From: an uncultured Methylomirabilota bacterium
Lineage (GTDB): Bacteria; Methylomirabilota; Methylomirabilia; Methylomirabilales; 2-02-FULL-66-22
Direction: 5' to 3'
Length of the DNA: 64,000 nt
NCBI GenBank assembly: GCA_963705305.1
Contig: OY970067.1
Location: forward strand, 928,001-992,000
The notes beneath the pieces were generated by a model, which saw only the letters and a list, made by a program, of their open reading frames with translations, ran no database searches and was not told the origin of the DNA. Shown in pieces: positions 1 to 8,827 of this stretch. Numbering within the stretch: position 1 is the first letter of the stretch; each line of letters begins with the position of its first letter. The position numbers and the translations under genes were made by a program.

Positions 1-85
1 CACGCAGAGGCCCTCGGCCTGACCTACCAGGCGTTGGTGGGCGTCATCGGCACCGCATCCCTCCTGTATCGGCACCCCCGTGTTA
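1..85 (+). repeat. Dispersed repeat, copy 1 (paralog at 15777-15862); may extend left of the window
   Basis: Aligns almost base for base with 15777-15862 (core CCTCGGCCTGACCTACCAGGC.TTGGTGGGCGTC...CCCTCCTGTATCGGCA). Confidence 0.9.
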
Positions 86-270
86 CTAAGACGGCGCCCT
101 AATTGTCATTGACACTCCCCCAACCCTTCGATAGGCTCTCGCAGGCTAAATTCTGCATTCCAGCTCCCGATTCCGGGCGTCGCGTGCGGCGCGAGGGTAT
201 TCATTGCTAATACGCCGAAACCCTCATCGCGTGCGTTGCATCCGATCGCAAGCCTACAGGAGGAATGCGA

Positions 271-1365
271 ATGGCACTCCCAATTCGAGCCACACTTGAG
301 GACGTGAATCAAACCTGTACCTATCTCGCTACCAAGCCCACGGGCGCAACACTAAAGGATATTTCTGGTGTGCTTGGTGACAAACTCGCTGACGCCCGTC
401 GGATCAATGCTCTCGAAATGTGGGGCTTAATTCAGGCCCAGGACGAAGGCCGGTACAAAGTAACAGAAGATGGCCGAAGCTGTGCCAGAGGCGAAGACGA
501 CAAGAGGGCCGTTCTCCAGGCCGTAATCCGCCGCATACCAGCATATCTAGCCATTATCGAACGCGCCGCTCATCGACGAGAAGACGCCCTCACAACGGCA
601 GACGTTGGCTCCCACTGGCACGACCATTTCAAGGAACAAGCCAGTGAATCAGAGGACCAACTAAAATTGCAGGCTATCTCCTTTTTCCAAGTTGCTGAAG
701 GTGCAGGACTCGGTACGATGATTATCGGCCGGCGCGGTGCCCCTACTAGATTCAGCTTCAATACTGCGGCACTCGCCCAATTCGTCGGTGCTGCGCCGCC
801 GAGCATCAAAGACGCGCCAACCTCAACGCCAGCTGCCACCACAACCTCTCAGCTCACTCCAGACACAGAAAAAGGTGACATTACACCCCGCACCACGCCT
901 AGCCCCGGTGCTGGAACCGTTCCCCGCACCGGACAAGGAATCTTCATCGCGCATGGCAAGAACAAGAAGCCGCTGGAGCAATTGAAGAAGATCCTGGAGC
1001 AGTTCAAGATTCCCTACAAGATCGCCATCGAAGAGCCGAATCTCGGACGGCCGATCAGCGGTAAAGTCCGGGACATCATGGAATCCTGCAACTGCGCAAT
1101 ACTCGTTTTCACCGCTGACGAAGAACTCAAGACAAAGGCGGGTGAAACGATTTGGCGACCCAGTGAGAATGTCGTGTATGAACTTGGCGCGTCTGGTTAC
1201 CTGTATGACAATCGAATCGTGATTATGAAGGAGGAGGGGGTTACGTTCCCGGCCAACTTCAAAGATATCGGATACATCTCTTTTGACAAGGACCAGCTCG
1301 ACGCGAAAGCGATGGACATCTTGAAGGAGCTTATTGGTTTCGGCATCGTGAAGGTTTCGACATGA
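271..1365 (+). CDS. Protein with N-terminal winged-helix-like region, low-complexity linker and C-terminal TIR-like nucleotide-binding domain (CAP12/Pycsar-TIR type)
   Basis: IFIAHG...AILVFTAD...RPSENVVYELG...PANFKDIGYISF; AGGAGG at 258-263 (alternative ATG at 265). Confidence 0.85.
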   Translation: MALPIRATLEDVNQTCTYLATKPTGATLKDISGVLGDKLADARRINALEMWGLIQAQDEGRYKVTEDGRSCARGEDDKRAVLQAVIRRIPAYLAIIERAAHRREDALTTADVGSHWHDHFKEQASESEDQLKLQAISFFQVAEGAGLGTMIIGRRGAPTRFSFNTAALAQFVGAAPPSIKDAPTSTPAATTTSQLTPDTEKGDITPRTTPSPGAGTVPRTGQGIFIAHGKNKKPLEQLKKILEQFKIPYKIAIEEPNLGRPISGKVRDIMESCNCAILVFTADEELKTKAGETIWRPSENVVYELGASGYLYDNRIVIMKEEGVTFPANFKDIGYISFDKDQLDAKAMDILKELIGFGIVKVST

Positions 1366-1439
1366 GATAGGAAACCGTCCGGCCGACGCATTGAGCCTGC
1401 TCGATACAAGCGACTTGGGTGGAGGCTCGGTCAGTGACG

Positions 1440-1841
1440 ATGGAGGTTTTCGAAAGAGCGGTGGCAGCCAACGCCCTCTGGCTTGTGCCTGTCGTGCTCC
1501 TCCTTCTCCAGTTCGCTATGAAGCTATGGATCGGGGAAGGAATTAGCGGACTTGCTACATGGAGACAACTGCTTCAGTCTCCCGTGGAGATAGGTTTTCT
1601 TGCCCTGTCGTTCGTCGCATCCTTGGTAATTTCCAGTCCGACGAGAGCCAATCCAGCGTTTGTTACCTGCTTGATTTTCTTTGTCTTGCTCTTCGCCTCC
1701 ATTCTAATCTGGAAGCTATCACCAATCGCACTGAACGCTAGAGACATCAAAATTTCTTTCGCCCTATTTGCCCTCAACTCAGCCATCACAATTCCAATGC
1801 TTGTCTTTAGCATCAACATGCTAGTCGAGGGCAGGCCATGA
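1440..1841 (+). CDS. Small four-TM membrane protein
   Basis: Four hydrophobic stretches; stop overlaps the next start (ATGA). Confidence 0.75.
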   Translation: MEVFERAVAANALWLVPVVLLLLQFAMKLWIGEGISGLATWRQLLQSPVEIGFLALSFVASLVISSPTRANPAFVTCLIFFVLLFASILIWKLSPIALNARDIKISFALFALNSAITIPMLVFSINMLVEGRP

Positions 1842-2536
1842 GTGCCAATGACTTGCTTCTATACACGCTTCCGGCTCTAGTCGTTGGCCTAGTTGCTCTT
1901 CTCTTCTATGCGATTCGCCTCTCCGCACACTCCCGAGCAGAGTTAGAGTATCGCAGCGATACATTTAGACTTTCAATTGAAAAGCAAATCCAGCAACTCA
2001 CCGAGCAACTCCTTCAGAGTCGAGCTAGGTTTGAGAGCCTGAATCATCTACTTCTTGAAGCACAGCGCAGCCGCCGCGAACACCCCGCGTCTATAGCTGT
2101 TTCCACCTCGTTTTTCGAGGATCTAGGTGTCGACATCACCGCTTCAGTTGATCCCCGCCTTGTGTTCGTTCTTACGCCGTTCCACCCGGACTTTGATGAA
2201 GACTACAAAGTTATCAAACGCGCGCTGACGGATCAGCAATTCACCTGTACTAGAGGTGATGACGATCCCCACTCATCCAACATCCTGCCTTACGTTCTCA
2301 AGCAAGTAGCGAAGGCGCGCCTTGTAATCGCGAACATTTCAGGTCGAAATCCCAACGTCATGTACGAGCTCGGCATTGCGCACGCAATGGGAAAGCCGGT
2401 CCTCATGGTCTCCCGTAGCAGCGACGACATTCCCTTCGACCTCGCTAGCACCCGAATCCTGACCTACGAGGATTCATCCGACCTCGAAAAGGGACTCCGG
2501 AATTGGGTCGTCCATTCACTCGCCCGGTCGGCCTAA
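1838..2536 (+). CDS. TM + coiled-coil + nucleoside 2-deoxyribosyltransferase-like (NDT/TIR-like) domain protein
   Basis: VFVLTPF...TRGDD...ARLVIANISGRNPNVMYELGIAHAMGKPV. Confidence 0.8.
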   Translation: MSANDLLLYTLPALVVGLVALLFYAIRLSAHSRAELEYRSDTFRLSIEKQIQQLTEQLLQSRARFESLNHLLLEAQRSRREHPASIAVSTSFFEDLGVDITASVDPRLVFVLTPFHPDFDEDYKVIKRALTDQQFTCTRGDDDPHSSNILPYVLKQVAKARLVIANISGRNPNVMYELGIAHAMGKPVLMVSRSSDDIPFDLASTRILTYEDSSDLEKGLRNWVVHSLARSA

Positions 2537-2600
2537 ACAGCAACTGATCTGACCGTTGGACCATTCGCCCTCACCGTAGCCGCTCATCGCGGACGTAGCC
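2531..2600 (+). other. Degenerate integron attC-like site
   Basis: GCCTAA overlapping the stop codon ... GACCGTTGG..CATTCGC..GCCGCTCATCGCGGACGTAGC; same family as the attC at 20479-20550 but R boxes damaged. Confidence 0.5.
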
Positions 2601-2791
2601 CTCACTCCAACGAAAGCTCTTCATCCCAGCATCCGGATTCGCCCGCATGGCGAGCCATCCACAACCCGAACCGAGTTCCTCATATTATCGATCCAAAAAT
2701 CATTCTCCCGTATTCTAGTCATACCCAGTTATTGACCACTCCCCGTCCCGTAACCACATGATTAAATTGGCGAAAACGTGGTCGCAGCATA

Positions 2792-2822
2792 AACGCGGGT
2801 TCGAATCCCGCTGGGGACACCA
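2792..2822 (+). other. 3' fragment of a tRNA (Glu-like); probable att-site remnant
   Basis: AACGCGGGTTCGAATCCCGCTGGGGACACCA = T arm, acceptor 3' strand and CCA; no D arm or anticodon arm upstream. Confidence 0.8.
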
Positions 2823-2953
2823 AGCATATATACCCCCATGTTGTCACTGAATCGCATTGCGAAATTTCGAGGAGTCGTGGCGGCATAGCGCGCCGGAGGT
2901 CCGGAGCGAATACGCTCGCCGAAAGCGCCCATTCACGTCAAAGGACCATCGAG

Positions 2954-3340
2954 ATGAAGAGGACGAAACGACTCCGAAAGCAACCAACGCATATCGAACT
3001 CCGCGTTGTCCTCACGTCGAACAGCGCGGCGGCAACGATTTCAGGAGACGGATCGTTCCACCAGATGCGCTTCAATGTATCCGGCGAGAAAGCTGCCGTC
3101 GAGTATCTCGGCCGAATGTTCGCAGACGAGGGCTGGTCGGGCTACGCGCCATTGGTCGGCGGTCCCTGGGGCGGGAAGATCGGACAGAGTCTCCCGAAGC
3201 TGCTCGAACGTCCTCGACCAACTGAATCACGACACGCCAGCCCGACTGCGCCAAGTGCCGTGCGCCACAGGTCAGCGTCCCGACGCACGGGGAGATGGCT
3301 GGCAGATTTCCCCTTGACGCGGCCGGGCGGGGGGTGCTAG
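2954..3340 (+). CDS. Hypothetical protein
   Basis: 128-aa ORF with AAGGA upstream; no recognised motif. Confidence 0.35.
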   Translation: MKRTKRLRKQPTHIELRVVLTSNSAAATISGDGSFHQMRFNVSGEKAAVEYLGRMFADEGWSGYAPLVGGPWGGKIGQSLPKLLERPRPTESRHASPTAPSAVRHRSASRRTGRWLADFPLTRPGGGC

Positions 3341-3456
3341 CGTCCCAGCCGTTCGTTTTGCCCTGCTGTGGTTCCCCCGGGTTGGCCCCACCACGGCCGT
3401 TCCTGCTTGGCCGGCCGTGGTTGTCAAGCCGGGCCGGTTTTCCAACTTCCTATCCG

Positions 3457-3679
3457 TTGGTCTTGCGGGTGACGTTGAATTGCGCTGCGAGCTCGTAGTC
3501 GCTGCCCGTGACCTTCTGGATCGCGGCGCGTGTCGCGGGCGTGGTCGTCGCGTTCTTGTGCAAGGCAATCATCATGTTCGGCCCCTCCTGTCGCATCCTA
3601 CCATGACAGCAAAGAGAACCTCTCAACCCATCAACAGCGGACGCTTGGATTGTAGAATCCAATCATCCGGAACTTGACA
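3457..3679 (-). mobile_element. IS481-family left-end remnant (terminal repeat plus first ~40 codons)
   Basis: MMIALHKNATTTPATRAAIQ...LAAQFNVT resembles IS481 N-termini; the end reads TGTCAAGTTCCGGATGATT on the minus strand. Confidence 0.7.
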
Positions 3680-3996
3680 GGTAGCAGACGAGCCTTATCG
3701 CGACAAAACCGTCGAAATCGCCTTGCTGGTCGTTTCCATCGCCTCTGTCCTCAACGGGTTGCAATGGAGGCGGAACTTATCGATATCGCAGCGTCATTTC
3801 ATGCAGATTTGGGTACCACACGAGCAATTCGAAGCGGCCCAGAAACCGCGGTGACGGGGTGTCCACCGAATCCTGGGAACTCCAGACCGGAGCAAGTGCG
3901 AGCAATAGGACAGTCGTCAGTCAGACTGTCCCCAGCGCTCATAATCGACGGAAGCCGAGTGTCAGCGCTTACTGCGCGCCGCAAGAAAAAGAGCAC

Positions 3997-5379
3997 ATGA
4001 AACGCCAACTCGCTGGAGGGATCTTAGCCAAAGAAGGTCGAGTACTGCTCGTCAGACCAGAGACAGGCAATCCAGCTGTAGATGAGATGTGGTCGCTGCC
4101 AACGGGAGAGATACGGGAACATGAGAGCGGTGAGCAGGCGTTGCTTAGGGTCGTGGAGGAGACGACAGGCCTGGATGTTCATATCTCTCGAGCGCTACTT
4201 GTACACGAATCGCCGGAGTTAGCGATCGCGCTATTCGAGGCGTCGATACTTGACAGCTCGCGCGCGCACGACGCGAGTCCTTTAGAGTGTGGCCTCTTTG
4301 CGTTCGATGATCTGCCGCAGCGAATCCTTATCGACAGCATGTTGTGCATTGCGAAATACCAAGTCATCAGCGCACACTTAGGTGAACACCCATTCAACAT
4401 CATTGATAGAGTGTTCGCGTCAATCTTTTACTCCCACTTAGCTCCACATCTTGGGCACTTCCGTCTCACAAACGACATCGAAGTCTACAAGTACATTGTA
4501 CTCAGCACGCCATATCGCAAGTTCAAGTCGGTCGTGCCATTTCTCTTGTCCAGGTGCGACGTTGCCAAGAACTATTTGTTTCTGATACCAGAGTTTTGTT
4601 TTGCAATATGGACGCTCTTGGATGATTGTCACGATGAGACATCGCACAGATATGGTCACAAGAGCGCGTTGCTGAACTTTGGCAAGCGAGCGTCATTGAT
4701 CGCATTGTTTAGATCGCTCCACAACATGACGGGCCTGCTCGATGGCGAGCTGTCATCACCAAGTGTAACGAAAATAGTCTCTGCCCTGAGTCAGTCCGCA
4801 TCGGTGCTACAACAGAGAGGCCAGAATGGCCTTGAAACAGACATCGACGCCTATCTGGGCCAGAGCACTGACAGGACAGAGTTCCTGCGAGCTGCGTGGG
4901 TCGGCGTGTTGGAGGAGACCGGCTACGACCCGGAGAAGCGCGACATACTCTGCGATGTTCAAAGGCGCTCTTCACGGATCGGTCAATTGATCAACGATTA
5001 CTTCGATATTGAACGAGACCAACTGCAGGACTTCGAGCAGAAGATAGCAAGCGCCCACTGGTTGTTGCTCTGCCGTCAGGCCGCTGAAGAAGACAGAGCC
5101 TTGTTACGTCAGCTATGGTCAGGAGTGGAAGGCGGCAGAGAACAATACCTCGCTCTCCTGGACAAGTACGACATAAGAAGTGTGTTGCGTCAGATGATTA
5201 GGGACGCGCTAGTCCGGATCGTCAGCCGCATTGAGGAGTCGGGGCTTGACACAGATGAGAAAGCCATTTTGATCGCTTGGCACCAGATGTCATTTGTCCA
5301 TTTCTACCGAGAGATCGATGACGTGAGTGTGTTGTCGTCCTTTCTTGCGTCGGTTGAGAACCTCTTGATCAAACGCTAG
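3997..5379 (+). CDS. NUDIX domain fused to a class-I isoprenoid synthase (polyprenyl synthetase-like) domain
   Basis: GGIL..EGRVLLVR...WSLPTGEIREHESGEQALLRVVEETTGL (degenerate Nudix box); LLDDCHDETSHRYG (DDxxD + RxG) and GQLINDYFD (second Asp-rich motif). Confidence 0.8.
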   Translation: MKRQLAGGILAKEGRVLLVRPETGNPAVDEMWSLPTGEIREHESGEQALLRVVEETTGLDVHISRALLVHESPELAIALFEASILDSSRAHDASPLECGLFAFDDLPQRILIDSMLCIAKYQVISAHLGEHPFNIIDRVFASIFYSHLAPHLGHFRLTNDIEVYKYIVLSTPYRKFKSVVPFLLSRCDVAKNYLFLIPEFCFAIWTLLDDCHDETSHRYGHKSALLNFGKRASLIALFRSLHNMTGLLDGELSSPSVTKIVSALSQSASVLQQRGQNGLETDIDAYLGQSTDRTEFLRAAWVGVLEETGYDPEKRDILCDVQRRSSRIGQLINDYFDIERDQLQDFEQKIASAHWLLLCRQAAEEDRALLRQLWSGVEGGREQYLALLDKYDIRSVLRQMIRDALVRIVSRIEESGLDTDEKAILIAWHQMSFVHFYREIDDVSVLSSFLASVENLLIKR

Positions 5380-5446
5380 CCTCTCTGAGGTGCTCACGTG
5401 CCACCCACGGTGTTCGCTAGCTTAGCCAAGACTAGGAGGCACATTT

Positions 5447-8400
5447 GTGCCTATGGATCATAAGTCAGATCTAGGAGCTAAGATCCGCGCAGGTCGAGCC
5501 ATCCTCATCGCTGGCACCGGTGTCTCTATCGCAGCCAGCGTCGATGCTAGGACGAATCGATCACATCCCCAGGCATCGTGGGCCGGACTTTTGGAAGACG
5601 GGTTGGAGTGGCTCAAAGAGCACAAGCACATGGACCCTGAGGAGGCCGATGCCCACTTGAAGCTGCTCAGGACGAATCCGAAGACCCACCGTTTCATTTC
5701 CGCAGCCGAAGACATTACGGTCCGAATGGGTGGCGCTTCGTCGGATCATTTTAGGGACTGGCTTGCGCGAACCATTGGCACCATCGAAGGTCACGATCGG
5801 AGTGTTCTCGATGCCTTGCATGAGGTTCGACAGCATGGAAATCTACTAGCCACGACCAACTACGACAGCCTACTGCTTGGTGATTCGCCGACGCTCAACC
5901 CCATCACTTGGCAAGAAACCGACGCCCTCATCGGCGCGGTCCGAGACGGGCAGACGGACAAGATCATCTTCCTCCACGGCTGGTGGCGCAAACCCGAGTC
6001 CGTTATCCTCGATTGGAGATCGTATAACCAGATCACGCGCAACGATGTCTACCGCGAAGATTTGGCGGCATTCTGGAATACGAATACGTGGGTGTATGTC
6101 GGCTGCGGCGTCAATGGCCTGTCCGATCCCGACTTCGGTCTTCTGTTGGAACGCTACGGCGAGCGCGCTCGTAATGCCCAGCATTGGGACTTCTGTTTGG
6201 TGTGCGGAGAAGCTCAGCGGTGTGAGTTTCAGGCACACTTCGATACGTGCAGATTCAACATCCGCGCCGTCTCGTATGGCGAGAGCCGTTCGGACTTGTC
6301 CGCCTATCTCCGCTCGCTCCTGCAAGCACCAATCAACACAACGATTCCGGCACCGGCAGATCCCCTACGCGATGAACTGACCAAAGACTTTCCGCTTCAA
6401 GAGTACTACAAGATCACGACATCCCTGACACCATTCCCTGGTCTCGGTCATTTCAAGGAGGAGGACGCGCGGCTGTTCTTTGGCCGCACAGCCGAGACGC
6501 TGAGGCTCTGGCGAGCCGTGCAGGGGTTTCCTTTGGTGCTTCTATACGGCCAGTCCGGTGTTGGTAAGTCCTCGCTCCTCCGCGCAGGCTTTGTTCCGCG
6601 CGTCCCACCCGATACCAAGCTAGAATGCCTCACCCGAAACAAGTCTGTCGGATACCACAAACAACTGGCCTCGCTTCTGGCCGCACTCGGCCGAGGACGG
6701 ACGGTGGTGGTGCTTGACCAATTGGAGGAAATCTACATCGATAGGGGGGACGACTGGAGGAGTGAAGCAGCTGAATTGTGGCAGACACTGGCCAAGGGAC
6801 TATCCGACCACCCGTTTTTGACGACCCTCTTATCGTTTCGTAAGGAATATTATGCGGACGTACGGGATTCCCTCAACCAGCACGAGATCTCTTGGAGAAG
6901 CGAGCAGGAGATACACCTTTTGCCGCTCAATGCCGAAGGGATTCGCGAAGCCATTGAAGGGGTTGCGAAAAATCAGTATTTGCAGAATCTTTTTCACCTA
7001 AGGGTCGGCGACGGTATGGCCGACGCCCTGGTGGCCGACTTACTCGACGACGAAAGCTTAGAATCGCCCATTGGACCCCTCCTGCAGTATCAGCTAAGCA
7101 AGCTGTGGGACGATGCCCGGTCGAAACGCCGAAGCGACGCCGACTGGATCGACCTTAGCCTCGATCAGTATAGGTCCCTGCGCAGCAGGACGCTCGATGA
7201 TCTGCTTGATGATCAGCTGGCTGAAGTTGCATCCGCATGGCCCACATTTGTGACCAACGGCCTAGCGTTGGATGTGCTGCATTCCTACACAACCGACCTG
7301 GACACCGCCAAGGCTCAGGTCGAGCAAGACGTTGAGAACCGCTACAGCCACATTGAAGGCATCCCAGACTTCTTCGCGTGGTTGACGAAGAACCTGCTCT
7401 TGCTACTGCACGATGGGACTAGTGAGAGACGAACTGTTCGGCTTGCACATGACTGCCTCGCGCCCGTGATTCGTCGACGCTTTCAATGTTCGAATGCGCC
7501 CGGACAGCGAGCCGCTAGACTCGTGAAGGCCAAGCCCGGGGAGGTGACGTTCAGTGAGTCTGACGTTGAGACGATCCGCAAGGGTCGACTTGGCATGGGC
7601 AAGATCGATGCTGAGGTCATGCTCCAGGTGGAACGAGACGCGTCGAAATACCGCGATCAGCGGCGGCGGCGAGTCCACGACGCGATCCAGAACGCGGAAG
7701 TGTGCCTACAACAGCTGCGATTCAAACAAAGCTTGAGACACCTCCAGGAGGCCGTCTCAGTTGGAGAGCCTGATCAGAGGATCTGGGACGTGGCTCTGGA
7801 GTTGACGTATCCATTGAGGGATCTCGATTGGACAAGCGAGTTGGAGGAGACGATCGCCTTGCTAGGAGAGCACGGCTCGAGGCCGCTGGCCGAAAGCGCA
7901 ACGGTGGACCGGTTCTACCCAGTGATGGTCTACGTCACGGGCGGCGACTTCAAAATGGGGAGCGAGGACGAACTAGCCTACGAGGACGAAGGACCCGTCC
8001 ACGACGTTCATCTGAGCAGCTTCCTCATGTCTGCGACGCCGGTCACGTGGTGGCAGTTTGGCCTGTTCTGTCTGCGGACCGACCGCCCGCTTGCCAGCGA
8101 CGCCGGATTCGGACGAGGAGAAAGGCCAGCGATCAACGTGAAGTGGCTCGATGCCGTTGACTATTGTATTTGGCTGACGAAGACAGTAGGGGAAGTCGGA
8201 GGGAAACAGCTGCAGCAGGTCTACACGAGAGACGGAAAGAACGTAACAGCCGACTTCGACCAGAACGGCTTCCGCCTGCCTACGGAGGCTGAATGGGAAT
8301 ACGCTGCGAGAGAGATGGGTCAAACCAAGCGCTTTGGTAACGGAATGGATGTGGCTGATCCGGCACAGATGAATTTCGACGCCGGGCATGAACTAAATGA

Positions 8401-8731
8401 ACGGACGCCGGGGTGGTGCAGGCAAGGTAAGTCGCTCGACATGACGACCGTAGTCAGAAATTATAAGCCCAATGCCTTGGGATTGTACGACATGAGCGGT
8501 AACGTGTTCGAGTGGTGCTGGGATTGGTGGAGCAAGGGAGACGACACTCCCTTTTACCGCACGAAAGACGCAGCGTGCGATCCACTAGATCCAACGTCTA
8601 AAGAGCGCAGAGTGGTTCGCGGAGGGTCATGGCAAAGTACCGCCTTCCTTTGCCGGTGTTCGTACCGATGGAGGTTCAATCCAGCGCATAGGTTCAGTAA
8701 TCTCGGATTCCGGGTCGTTCGCCGGCCGTGA
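5447..8731 (+). CDS. SIR2-like + STAND (nSTAND1-type) NTPase + FGE-sulfatase/SUMF1 domain protein
   Basis: AGTGVS, TTNYD, FLHG, VGCG..LSDPDF; PFPGL..F...FFGR, GQSGVGKSS, VVVLDQLEE, LAHD; FKMGS, FRLPTEAEWEYAAR, PNALGLYDMSGNVFEWC, RVVRGGSW, LGFRV. Confidence 0.92.
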   Translation: MPMDHKSDLGAKIRAGRAILIAGTGVSIAASVDARTNRSHPQASWAGLLEDGLEWLKEHKHMDPEEADAHLKLLRTNPKTHRFISAAEDITVRMGGASSDHFRDWLARTIGTIEGHDRSVLDALHEVRQHGNLLATTNYDSLLLGDSPTLNPITWQETDALIGAVRDGQTDKIIFLHGWWRKPESVILDWRSYNQITRNDVYREDLAAFWNTNTWVYVGCGVNGLSDPDFGLLLERYGERARNAQHWDFCLVCGEAQRCEFQAHFDTCRFNIRAVSYGESRSDLSAYLRSLLQAPINTTIPAPADPLRDELTKDFPLQEYYKITTSLTPFPGLGHFKEEDARLFFGRTAETLRLWRAVQGFPLVLLYGQSGVGKSSLLRAGFVPRVPPDTKLECLTRNKSVGYHKQLASLLAALGRGRTVVVLDQLEEIYIDRGDDWRSEAAELWQTLAKGLSDHPFLTTLLSFRKEYYADVRDSLNQHEISWRSEQEIHLLPLNAEGIREAIEGVAKNQYLQNLFHLRVGDGMADALVADLLDDESLESPIGPLLQYQLSKLWDDARSKRRSDADWIDLSLDQYRSLRSRTLDDLLDDQLAEVASAWPTFVTNGLALDVLHSYTTDLDTAKAQVEQDVENRYSHIEGIPDFFAWLTKNLLLLLHDGTSERRTVRLAHDCLAPVIRRRFQCSNAPGQRAARLVKAKPGEVTFSESDVETIRKGRLGMGKIDAEVMLQVERDASKYRDQRRRRVHDAIQNAEVCLQQLRFKQSLRHLQEAVSVGEPDQRIWDVALELTYPLRDLDWTSELEETIALLGEHGSRPLAESATVDRFYPVMVYVTGGDFKMGSEDELAYEDEGPVHDVHLSSFLMSATPVTWWQFGLFCLRTDRPLASDAGFGRGERPAINVKWLDAVDYCIWLTKTVGEVGGKQLQQVYTRDGKNVTADFDQNGFRLPTEAEWEYAAREMGQTKRFGNGMDVADPAQMNFDAGHELNERTPGWCRQGKSLDMTTVVRNYKPNALGLYDMSGNVFEWCWDWWSKGDDTPFYRTKDAACDPLDPTSKERRVVRGGSWQSTAFLCRCSYRWRFNPAHRFSNLGFRVVRRP

Positions 8732-8827
8732 GCTCACTTTATCCCTGCATTGTCTGCTTGACGTGCGAGTCGGGTGGTCGTGGCACCGTACCTCAGCCCT
8801 CTCCCCGGACAGCGATGTGTGATCGTC

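Noticed and set aside
8600..8731. FGE C-terminus as a diversity-generating retroelement variable region
   Set aside because: I found no template repeat and no reverse transcriptase in the window; a remote DGR cannot be excluded.
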